Shown: positions 21,121 through 29,037 of the stretch, one piece after another
Numbering within the stretch: the stretch's first letter is position 1
Layout: every line of letters begins with the position of its first letter
From: Candidatus Poribacteria bacterium
Lineage (GTDB): Bacteria > Poribacteria > WGA-4E > WGA-3G
Direction of reading: 5' to 3'
Length of the DNA stretch: 64,000 nucleotides
Assembly: GCA_965197475.1 (NCBI GenBank)
Contig: CBDANF010000003.1
Span: 2,560,001-2,624,000, forward strand
Notes under the pieces: model-generated
The model's input: the letters and a program-made list of their open reading frames with translations, nothing else
Databases searched by the model: none
What the model was told of the DNA's origin: nothing
Made by a program: the position numbers and the translations under genes

Positions 21121-21927
21121 TTACACCGCATCCAACGCTGGCGTATTATTCTGACAATAAACCGGACGAAAGAGCGTCTTGCGTTTGAACGGCATCTCTT
21201 CAACGTGTTTCGGGTGCGGTTCCCATCTGTGCCATTTGTTGCCAACGGTATTATAGCAGTTGAAAATAGCGACCCGGTCAAATGTGTCGTCTGTCCATTT
21301 TGCACCGGTATGTGTAATTGCCTCAGTGAAAATTAGGACTGATCCTGCTGGACAACTATAATCCTCCCACAATGGGGAATTTCGGTCTGCTGTTGATTTT
21401 GGCGAAGGAAACGCCCCTTTGTGGCTGCCTGTCAGGAACATCGTTCCACCACCCCGTTCTTTAACAGGATTGAGTTCCCATACAACCCGCGTTAAACCAC
21501 TATGTGCTCTGTCGTGGTGTAGGTGATATGTATGTGAATTACCGGGGAAGTTGAGCATTCCACGCCCACCGTGGGGTTGGAAGTTATCGTTACCGTTTGC
21601 TCGAATTGTAAGGAATGTGCCTTCCAAACGGAAACCGTAGCAGTTTTCGTTGGCATAACCGGATGTCAAAAATTCGTTCATAAAACCGAACACAACCGGA
21701 TGGTCGGTCAACGATTCTAAGGGACCTCCGATTGAAGAGCGATGGTGTTCTGGAATTGACTCCGGTTCCTGTTTAAGTTGATAGCAGAACTCACGCATCT
21801 CTTTAATTTCGGTTTCACTTAACACACTGGGAAACAGAAGCCATCCACGAGTATCGAAGAGAAAACACTGCTCCTCTGTCATCGGGATTGGCGGTATATT
21901 GTCAGCATTCGTTGTGGGATTTGGCAT
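21121..21927 (-). CDS. Phytanoyl-CoA dioxygenase (PhyH) family protein
   Basis: FLFDTRGW, GGT.F..GSHK, AGSVLIFTEA..H....W...R. Confidence 0.85.
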   Translation of the reverse strand: MPNPTTNADNIPPIPMTEEQCFLFDTRGWLLFPSVLSETEIKEMREFCYQLKQEPESIPEHHRSSIGGPLESLTDHPVVFGFMNEFLTSGYANENCYGFRLEGTFLTIRANGNDNFQPHGGRGMLNFPGNSHTYHLHHDRAHSGLTRVVWELNPVKERGGGTMFLTGSHKGAFPSPKSTADRNSPLWEDYSCPAGSVLIFTEAITHTGAKWTDDTFDRVAIFNCYNTVGNKWHRWEPHPKHVEEMPFKRKTLFRPVYCQNNTPALDAV

Positions 21928-22000
21928 AAAATTCTCCGCTATAAACATTACACCACATAGGGTGAATTTCTTTATTTTTAATTTCTACATTGAGAGTGCT

Positions 22001-23176
22001 TTATGTCTTTTCTTGTCCATATAAACGTTCGTCTTCTTGTGATAACCAGGGGCCGTAATCGCGCGGCATCTCTTTAGGTGCCCCAAGTCCATTTTCATCG
22101 CGCCATCTGAGCAAAGAATGCACCCGATTTTTCTGTGGCAGTTCTACCCGTGTTCCATAAATTGCAGACTCGAAAATACCCATTAAAACCTCAATCACAT
22201 GACGACCTTCTTCACCACTGCATTCGTGTTCACGGTCTTCGTCCAACGCATTCACATATTCGTCAACAATGCAGTAATCATCAGGGTTTGCGCCACTGTT
22301 TTTGTCAAAATTCTCAGGATAGGTTGATGTGAGTTTCTCCCATCGGTCATGCGTGCCATCAGGCACAAAGTGCGGTGTAGGTAACCACCACGAACCTTTC
22401 AATTCAGACCAGAATAATCTGCCTTCAGTGCCGTAAAGTTCAAGCACATAAGCGTCGGTATCTACTTTCGGAAAACGGTGTTGAATTAGCGTTCCCGTTA
22501 CATTATTGTCAAATTGAAGTGCTGAAGTCGTATATTCACCTGCGACTGTTCCCATGCCCGCGGGTGATGGGAGGACATCCTCAGGTATAAGTTCGCGTCC
22601 ACCTGCTGTTGCCTGCGTCATTATACTTCTACAGTGTCCACCGAAACGGAGCATGTTGTTAACGACATGTGTCCCAATGTTCATCAATCCGTAGCCAGCG
22701 TAATACCCTTTACCACTCGCGTAGATATAGCGCAAATCACCGATTTTACCATCATCAAGTGCTTTGGCAACTGCCTGCATCGTGGGGCTGACACGTCTTT
22801 GATGATGCACAACGACACGCGCGTTTTTCTCTTCTGCTTTTGCCATTATTGCATCTGCTTGAACTAAATCAACGCAAAGCGGTTTTTCGACCTCAATGTT
22901 CACACCGTGTTCAAGCACACGCATGCAGAGCGGATAGTGCGCGTCTGTTGCTGTCGGTATCGCCACAATATCGGGGGTGATCTTACGAATCATTTCATCT
23001 AAATCAGTGAAATGTGTAGAAACGTTCACGATCTTGCCGAGTGCGTCTAACCGTTCCTGCACGAGGTCGCAGAGAGCGACGATTTCTGTGCGCGGGTGAG
23101 CGTGGTATGCTTTTGCTGCAGAAGTGCCTCGGCTACGGCATCCTAATATTGCGACACGATAGTTTTTCATAGGCAT
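22001..23176 (-). CDS. Gfo/Idh/MocA family oxidoreductase
   Basis: Rossmann N-terminus, EKP motif, L..GTH, GTEG. Confidence 0.9.
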   Translation of the reverse strand: MPMKNYRVAILGCRSRGTSAAKAYHAHPRTEIVALCDLVQERLDALGKIVNVSTHFTDLDEMIRKITPDIVAIPTATDAHYPLCMRVLEHGVNIEVEKPLCVDLVQADAIMAKAEEKNARVVVHHQRRVSPTMQAVAKALDDGKIGDLRYIYASGKGYYAGYGLMNIGTHVVNNMLRFGGHCRSIMTQATAGGRELIPEDVLPSPAGMGTVAGEYTTSALQFDNNVTGTLIQHRFPKVDTDAYVLELYGTEGRLFWSELKGSWWLPTPHFVPDGTHDRWEKLTSTYPENFDKNSGANPDDYCIVDEYVNALDEDREHECSGEEGRHVIEVLMGIFESAIYGTRVELPQKNRVHSLLRWRDENGLGAPKEMPRDYGPWLSQEDERLYGQEKT

Positions 23177-23320
23177 TTGCCAAATTTCCCTCATATACGG
23201 TGAAATTTGCCTTTTGCTTAACATTCTCCAGAAATATTAAACTTGCAACGCTATTTCGTTTAATATTAACCTATTTTGTGGACACTGTCAAGTTTTAATC
23301 TGATGGAAACTCGGTTTTGA

Positions 23321-23349
23321 TTGACATATTATCAATTTGTTGGTATAAT
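23321..23349 (+). promoter_or_regulatory. Consensus sigma70 promoter
   Basis: TTGACA-17 bp-TATAAT upstream of the 23416 gene. Confidence 0.75.
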
Positions 23350-23415
23350 GTGACTAACAACATGATTTGGTATTGACCAGCGAGGTCATACGATTTAATT
23401 TGGAGGTACAGATAG

Positions 23416-24018
23416 ATGTTATATCAAGTTTCCGATCAGATTTTTAGAAATTTTTTGAATGCAAATAAATTCGTGCTAATACTCTTGGCAGTTGTCTTAA
23501 TATTCGGTTGTAATCAAAACCGTGGGAAGGATTTCATCAAATTAGACGCACCATTGGAAGAGGTGTTGCCTCAAATCGTTCTTATTGCTCCGGAGCAGCA
23601 GGACAAAAATGGGCAACCGTTAGAAATTACCGTGGGTAGCACATTTAGTGGTGAAGGCGAGTATGGTATTGGTGACGGTGAAACTCACGGATTTAGATGG
23701 ACATTTTTCAATCAACATGCTGTTGAAGGAAATAGATATATCTTTGCCGTAACTTCGTATAATTGGGGTGGAAGCGGGACTTTTTATTACCTTACTGTGG
23801 TGGATAAAACAACGCTCAAAAGTGTAAGTGAAGTTCTTCTTGGGGATCGCGTGAAAATCGAAAGCGTCGCGTTGACTGCTCCTAACACAGATAGTGTGTC
23901 TGTCAACTATATGGATAGAGAATCAGGAACAGCAATGGCTGATACCCCTGATAAGGCAGTAGAAAAACACTTTAAAATGGATCAAGAGCAACTTAAGGAA
24001 ATGTCACCTAAAAATTAG
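23416..24018 (+). CDS. Hypothetical lipoprotein
   Basis: GGAGG RBS, lipobox IFGC, conserved-looking GGSGTFYYL...LLGDRVKI. Confidence 0.75.
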   Translation: MLYQVSDQIFRNFLNANKFVLILLAVVLIFGCNQNRGKDFIKLDAPLEEVLPQIVLIAPEQQDKNGQPLEITVGSTFSGEGEYGIGDGETHGFRWTFFNQHAVEGNRYIFAVTSYNWGGSGTFYYLTVVDKTTLKSVSEVLLGDRVKIESVALTAPNTDSVSVNYMDRESGTAMADTPDKAVEKHFKMDQEQLKEMSPKN

Positions 24019-24147
24019 GATGTGTATTGCTTGATGCATAGTAGTAGTCACGCTCCATCGTGCCGTAACTTTATTCGGCGGGGCACAGAAACCCTGCCCT
24101 ACAGTAAAGTAGAATCTGATGCCGATTAGGAAAGAACTCACCTAACA

Positions 24148-25418
24148 TTACCAATGTGCATGCACAGGGGTTTCTCGCACCTTTTCAAACAGGTCTGCCC
24201 ATTCCTGAGAACCGTCGTCAAAGGTGAGTTCAAGCCGCGCGCCTTCAAAGTATGCATCCCCGTTCCCAGCATTGAAATAACTCAAGCCATCGCCTGCCAT
24301 GTGGATACAACTTCCATCAGGATAGACCGCTGTTTTGAGTATCCGTGGGTGTGGGTGGATAGTATATCCATCAGCATCTAATTTTTCAGCGGGAACACGA
24401 AAACGTTCAATTGCTTCTTCGTCAACCTCAACGCCTAATCCGGGTGTATCGGGGACGACGTGGCAGCCATCTGTAACTTGGATCGGTTTCGTGAGCAGAT
24501 GTTCACTGTAAAGATTGATGCATGTGATTGCTGGCCAAGTAGCATGGGTAAGTACACTTCCAAGATGCGCAGCCCAGGTGGTCGTCAATCCGTTGCCCAC
24601 GATTTGAAGCCAAAATGGCATATCTGCAGCTGCGCTGAGGTATCCATCACGTATCGTCTGAGATTTGCCACCGCCGATGACAAAACCGTCACATACATCT
24701 TCACGAATACATGTGGTATAGGGCGGTGACCCGAAGTGCATCGCAATCGGACAATCAACGTTTTCACGAATCTTTTTATTGCCCTCAACATCGTTTTGCG
24801 GAATTGGAGATTCAAAGATCGCTACGTTCGGATGTGCGGCGAGTTTTCGCAAAATTGGAATAGCGGTGGCAGCATCGCGCAATGAGCTGTTCGGGTCTAA
24901 GTCCAGTTGAAGTCAGCAGGGACAACTTCTGCGACTGCCTCTACTTGCTTAACAGTATTCCACCATGGGCGCGGTTTGTTTTTGAAGCTGGTATAGCCGT
25001 TTGCCACAGCATCTGCTGCTTCAGATGCCCAGTTTTCTGGTGATGAATCAATGCACCACCATGAGATAGGCACGGTGTCGCGACAATGTGTTCCGATGAG
25101 TCGATAAATCGGCACCTCCAAAATTTTACCGACAACATCAAAGAGTGCCATCTGCAGCCCTGCACCGAGTGAATCATCGTTCATGTGTGCAGCAGGGTTT
25201 TCACCAAGTACGCGTTGCACGCTTTCGTCCGTCACGCGGCGATAAGTATAGTGGATAACGGTTTCACCCCACCCGACATGTCCAGTATCTGTCGTGACCT
25301 TGCAGAGTTCAAGGAGTGACCAGTTGTAGACGGTGGACACGCTTTGGGTGGTAATTTCCTGTTGGCGCGGGGTGAAGGGGACATCAACAAGAACACGTTC
25401 TATATTTGTGACTTTCAT
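24148..25418 (-). pseudogene. Mandelate racemase/enolase-family gene split by a 1-nt frameshift
   Basis: Restoring one A near 24908 gives ADF-K-LDLDPNSSLRDAATAIP and joins the 188- and 244-aa ORFs; could be a sequencing error. Confidence 0.8.
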
Positions 25419-25448
25419 GGGTAAACTCCTAAGGTAAGGCGAACTCAC

Positions 25449-25617
25449 TACAGCGTATCTCATAAATACGATATCGTTAAGTTCAGTTTGATTTATCCAA
25501 TGTTTGTCTGTTAGTCCATAGTATTGTAGGGCGGGTCCCTATGCCTTCTATTTTTCCTTGCTAAGAAACGACGAGGCACAGGGACCTCGCCCTACAAGTG
25601 ATTTATGAAATAGATTA
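25449..25617. mobile_element. MITE with REP hairpin pair (family shared with 31106-31260)
   Basis: Ends tacagcgtatctcataaat / atttatgaaatagatta enclosing gtagggcgggtccctatgcc...ggcacagggacctcgccctac. Confidence 0.65.
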
Positions 25618-25659
25618 AAATGAGGCACTCACAATAGTAGAAGCGAAACAACGACCTAC

Positions 25660-26049
25660 CTAACTCAATTTCACTGCAGTTCCGTACATCTGAAGATAAA
25701 AGTATTGAAAGCTATTTGTATCCAAGTCAATATCTTGCCGCATACTTATAATAGCGTTTGCTTCTAAGAGTGCTGCACGTTTTTTCAGTTCTTCAACTGA
25801 AACGAAAAATGCTTTCTCAAAATCACTCTGACCCACACTCCACTCACCGTACAAAAATCCCCAATCGGCCCGATCCTTTCCCATTTGACCGCTTCTTTTC
25901 ATATCTATGATTTCTGCTTCGTATTGTTTGACGAGTTTAGAAAGGGCATTTGAGAAAATCCCTTTATTTGAGATCTGAAAGTAAACAGGACCAATAATCT
26001 GATAATCCTGTTTAATATCCCCAGTTGTTACAAGAATGTCGCTTCTCAT
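25660..26049 (-). CDS. YbjQ/UPF0145-like (putative heavy-metal-binding) protein
   Basis: VTTGD...Y.I.G.V, EL..RA..L.ANAII, MYGTAVK; GGAGG RBS. Confidence 0.75.
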   Translation of the reverse strand: MRSDILVTTGDIKQDYQIIGPVYFQISNKGIFSNALSKLVKQYEAEIIDMKRSGQMGKDRADWGFLYGEWSVGQSDFEKAFFVSVEELKKRAALLEANAIISMRQDIDLDTNSFQYFYLQMYGTAVKLS

Positions 26050-26222
26050 TTTTACCTCCAAAATTATTACGCAATAAGTAGTTTTGGACTTGCAACAAAC
26101 ATGTAAAAATCGCTACAAACACAGATGTAGACTACATTTCCACTTGTTTTAATTGTGCAACTATGATACAATATAGATAAGAAAGTAGGGGGTTGGTAGC
26201 CCCCTAAATGAACACAAAAAGC

Positions 26223-26289
26223 GAGTTGCTTTTTGACGGTTCTAATCTTATCTGGTATTATATCAGAAATCCGTCAGAAAAAGCAACTC
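26223..26289 (+). promoter_or_regulatory. Transposase promoter enclosed in a long inverted repeat
   Basis: TTGACG-17-TATTAT flanked by gagttgctttttgacgg / ccgtcagaaaaagcaactc. Confidence 0.65.
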
Positions 26290-26308
26290 CTATTTCAAGG
26301 AGTATCTG

Positions 26309-27193
26309 ATGGATTTATTGAAGGTAATGGAGCGTTTTCCTGACCAAGAAGCATGTATTGAGCATTTGGAATATATTCGGTGGCGTGGTGAACCAAGATG
26401 TCCGCATTGTGATAGTCTAAACGTTGCGGAACGGACAGAGACGGAATTGGGACGCATCGGACGCTGGCAATGCCATGATTGCACTGCTACTTTCAAGGTG
26501 ACGTGTGGCACGGTGTTTCACGGGACAAAGATAGCACTTCAGAAGTGGTTTTTGGCGATCTCGTTGATTGTGAATGCGAAGAAGTCGTTATCCAGTTACC
26601 AGTTGAGTCGTGATTTAGACTTGAATCAGAAAACTGCATGGTTTATAATGACTCGTATCCGTGCTGAAATGGCAAAGAAAGGTAGCAACGTGCTATTACA
26701 AGGCATCATAGAGGCTGATGAAACTTACATCGGGGGTAAACCTCGCAAGCCGAACAAGAAAGCAGATGCGGAGCCTGCCAAGCGTGGTCGTGGCACTGAT
26801 AAAGACGCAATCATCGGGGCTGTCCAACGCGGTGGGAAAGTTGTAGCACAACTTGCAAGGGATTTGACAGGACGGACTATTTTAGACTTTATCCGAAGAG
26901 CCGTGAAAGTTCAGGATTCGGAGTTGATGACCGATGAATATAATGCTTATCTCGCACTCGGTAGAGATATGAAGCATCATATCATCAATCATCAAGAGCA
27001 ATTTGTTGACGGTGATGTCCACACAAACACGATTGAGGGGTTTTGGTCGCTTCTCAAACGCGCTTGGTATGGTTCACATCACCACTATTGGACTGAATAT
27101 ACGCCCCTGTATGTCGCAGAGGCGTGCTACAAGTATAACTATAGGAGCATTGACAGCATCTTTGATAAGTTTGTTAATGAGAGTATGAGATGA
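26309..27193 (+). CDS. IS1595-family transposase
   Basis: Zn ribbon CPHC..CHDC, SSYQLSRDL..QKTAW HTH, EADETYIGG, TDEY..Y, NH, HTNTIEGFWSLLKR. Confidence 0.96.
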   Translation: MDLLKVMERFPDQEACIEHLEYIRWRGEPRCPHCDSLNVAERTETELGRIGRWQCHDCTATFKVTCGTVFHGTKIALQKWFLAISLIVNAKKSLSSYQLSRDLDLNQKTAWFIMTRIRAEMAKKGSNVLLQGIIEADETYIGGKPRKPNKKADAEPAKRGRGTDKDAIIGAVQRGGKVVAQLARDLTGRTILDFIRRAVKVQDSELMTDEYNAYLALGRDMKHHIINHQEQFVDGDVHTNTIEGFWSLLKRAWYGSHHHYWTEYTPLYVAEACYKYNYRSIDSIFDKFVNESMR

Positions 27194-27199
27194 GTGAAA

Positions 27200-27535
27200 C
27201 TAAAGGTACCCAGGGCGTTTCTTTGCATGATCCGCGGGTTCAGGCGGTGCTTGCAGCACAGATGGCGGAAGCTCGAATGTCTTTTGATCCGAATTCAAAG
27301 CTTCGAGAATATTTTGGAACAATGTATAGCAATCTGACTCGGATTGGAAGATGCCCAAATTGTAGAGAAAAGTTGATTGGTTCGATCCATGAGCGTCTAC
27401 ATGTTTCAACAGAGTCAGATTGAACAAGTTTGATTCGTTGTTCTTGATGATCACAATTTCATCATAAATATTAAGATTTACGGCTAATGGACAAAATCCA
27501 GTGATTTGTTCAGGTTTTGGAAATATGATTAACAT
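27200..27535 (-). CDS. Conserved IS passenger protein of unknown function (111 aa)
   Basis: AAAGGA RBS and ATG 27535 (MLIIFPKPEQITGF..); paralogous N-terminus at 28087. Confidence 0.6.
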   Translation of the reverse strand: MLIIFPKPEQITGFCPLAVNLNIYDEIVIIKNNESNLFNLTLLKHVDAHGSNQSTFLYNLGIFQSESDCYTLFQNILEALNSDQKTFELPPSVLQAPPEPADHAKKRPGYL

Positions 27536-27583
27536 GATAGTTCCTTTGTGAGTTAGAGGGGACAGGGGCACCTCGTTGTTGGG

Positions 27584-27820
27584 TTAGTCTGTTTTCTTTC
27601 GGTTTACATACCGTTTGATACACCAAGCGGTGAATCTTGCCGACAGAAAAATAATAGGTATGCCGACAATTTGGGCTACCAATGCTACTAATGCGTATTC
27701 TCGAGCACCGAGAACAGTGACTATAGATCCAATGATAGCGAAAAACAAAAGCCAGTTTTTCAACGTGTATTTTTGCTTATAGTAAGCAAATACAAGAAGT
27801 GGCCACACTAAAAGTACCAT
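27584..27820 (-). CDS. Small membrane passenger protein
   Basis: 78 aa, three hydrophobic segments, AAGGGGA RBS. Confidence 0.6.
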   Translation of the reverse strand: MVLLVWPLLVFAYYKQKYTLKNWLLFFAIIGSIVTVLGAREYALVALVAQIVGIPIIFLSARFTAWCIKRYVNRKKTD

Positions 27821-27880
27821 GATATTCCCTTATGGTAAGGGTTGTACGTGTTTTGTTTATAGGATCACGTTGTTTAACCT

Positions 27881-27959
27881 TAACGTTGTTCCCGATCTCA
27901 TTCGGTTTGGTAGGGACTGCCTCAAGCGAGACAGATGAGATTCCCTACCAACAACGTTA
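27881..27959 (-). ncRNA. Putative pseudoknotted leader RNA, copy A
   Basis: P0 27950-59/27881-90 (10 bp), P1 27942-49/27909-16 (8 bp), pseudoknot P2 27935-41/27895-901 (7 bp), hairpin P3 27917-34; begins just after the -10 box. Confidence 0.7.
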
Positions 27960-27963
27960 GGAT

Positions 27964-27993
27964 AGTATAACATGTGGGAGAAAAGAGAGTCAA
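27964..27993 (-). promoter_or_regulatory. Inward-facing sigma70 promoter at IS right end A
   Basis: TTGACT-18 bp (ending TGn)-TATACT; conserved at 28925-28954. Confidence 0.75.
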
Positions 27994-28039
27994 GTGAAAA
28001 ATTCAATGGCTTGTTGCAAGTCCAAAACTACTTATTGCG

Positions 28040-28087
28040 AAGTGAAAAATCAACAGGATCGGAAGGCGGCTTGAATATTACCCACAT
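28040..28087 (-). pseudogene. Truncated paralog of the 27200-27535 passenger gene
   Basis: MWVIFKPPSDPVDFSL vs MLIIFPKPEQITGFCPL, behind the same upstream spacer and RBS; cut at the IR. Confidence 0.6.
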
Positions 28088-28143
28088 GGGTTTAGTCTCC
28101 TTTGGGGTTAGAGGGGACAGAGTCCCCTCGTTGGTTGGAATTG

Positions 28144-28533
28144 CTAATACCCGTATGGAGAATCAGCAGCTGAAATTAAAATTATCCAAAGTCCCACCAT
28201 AGTGCCAGTTCCAATAACACATCCTATTGTAGCATGTGTTATTTGGTCGTTTTTCACAAGTTTTTGATAAATGCTTGTGTAATAAGCAACATATTCTGGT
28301 GATTTTCCAAGCAATTTTTCTGGTAGTACCGTTGGTGTGACAACATACGCAATTAACATACCGGTAACACCAAGTAGACAACCAACAGTTCCCCATATTT
28401 GAGTGTTTGCAAGTGTTGCATCACGTCGTGCATCAAATATTGCTTGCGCAGCATCACTTGTTTGTTGTGCAAGTGTGAGATATGGCGTAGTGAATAACAT
28501 CACAACCATTATAAACGACAAAGTTTTCATCAA
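28144..28533 (-). CDS. Secreted/membrane passenger protein
   Basis: Signal peptide plus two hydrophobic helices, GKSPEY..YY..Y motif, AAAGGA RBS. Confidence 0.7.
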   Translation of the reverse strand: MMKTLSFIMVVMLFTTPYLTLAQQTSDAAQAIFDARRDATLANTQIWGTVGCLLGVTGMLIAYVVTPTVLPEKLLGKSPEYVAYYTSIYQKLVKNDQITHATIGCVIGTGTMVGLWIILISAADSPYGY

Positions 28534-28600
28534 TGTTCCTTTTGTGAGGTAAAATGTGTATGTAGGGGATCAAAAGACCCCCTACATGTTTGCAAGCGGA

Positions 28601-28732
28601 TTATTTACACCGCTTGTGAGGTTTGACAGTTTCTTTCACCGTTGTGGCGGGACGGCGTTTGTCCGTGCCTTTGGGAAGGAACCGTCCGTCTTTGGCATCG
28701 CGTACACGCGTGCCAGTGGCTTTTTTAGCCAT
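28601..28732 (-). CDS. Small basic passenger protein (43 aa)
   Basis: GAGGT RBS, MAKKATGTRVRDAKDGRFL..RRPATTVKE; resembles the small 'RDA..G.F...P.TT..E' proteins of mobile elements. Confidence 0.6.
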   Translation of the reverse strand: MAKKATGTRVRDAKDGRFLPKGTDKRRPATTVKETVKPHKRCK

Positions 28733-28839
28733 AGTATACCTCACTTTGCTTGAGATAAATTGGTGCATAGCGTATTTCCAGTGCGTTATGCACTGTTCAA
28801 GCATATAAAATTGATACGTTAAACGGGTATCGTTCGTAG

Positions 28840-28916
28840 GTTCGTTTACACCTTTCTATGGGTGAGGGCAGGACACAACACAAGGAGTGTTGCGATAGAA
28901 ATCCTGCCCAACGAAC
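28840..28916 (-). ncRNA. Putative pseudoknotted leader RNA, copy B
   Basis: P0 28910-16/28840-46, P1 28902-09/28866-73 (8 bp), pseudoknot P2 28895-901/28853-59 (7 bp), hairpin P3 28874-94. Confidence 0.7.
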
Positions 28917-28924
28917 TTGAGAAT

Positions 28925-28954
28925 AGTATAACATGGAAAGAATTTGAGTGTCAA
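28925..28954 (-). promoter_or_regulatory. Inward-facing sigma70 promoter at IS right end B
   Basis: TTGACA-18 bp (ending TGn)-TATACT. Confidence 0.75.
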
Positions 28955-29037
28955 GTGAAAAATTTGAGAAAAAATTTCAAGTCCAAAACTACTCATTGCG
29001 TTATCTTTTATCATTATCCAAAAATAAAGGTATACTT

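Larger units (their letters stand above)
26070..28039 (+). mobile_element. IS1595-family element with passenger genes (~1.97 kb)
   Basis: Perfect 29-bp terminal IR cgcaataagtagttttggacttgcaacaa (26070-26098) / ttgttgcaagtccaaaactacttattgcg (28011-28039); no target duplication visible. Confidence 0.9.
28040..29000. mobile_element. Right half of a second, related IS1595-type element
   Basis: Second right IR caagtccaaaactactcattgcg (28978-29000, 1 mismatch) plus the same promoter, RNA and spacer layout; truncated by element A's right IR. Confidence 0.8.

Noticed and set aside
27190-27423. 77-aa ORF overlapping the transposase stop, with a CPNC motif
   Set aside because: It lies almost entirely antisense to gene X, which has an RBS and a paralog. 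It cannot be excluded but is unsupported.
27881-27959. Calling the leader RNA an HDV-like ribozyme
   Set aside because: Helix order matches, but the 3-bp P3 with 8-nt L3, P1.1 and J1/2 features are missing, so it was left unassigned.
27536-28145. Spacers as integron attC sites
   Set aside because: No RYYYAAC/GTTRRRY box pairing and no integron integrase; the spacers lie inside IS ends.
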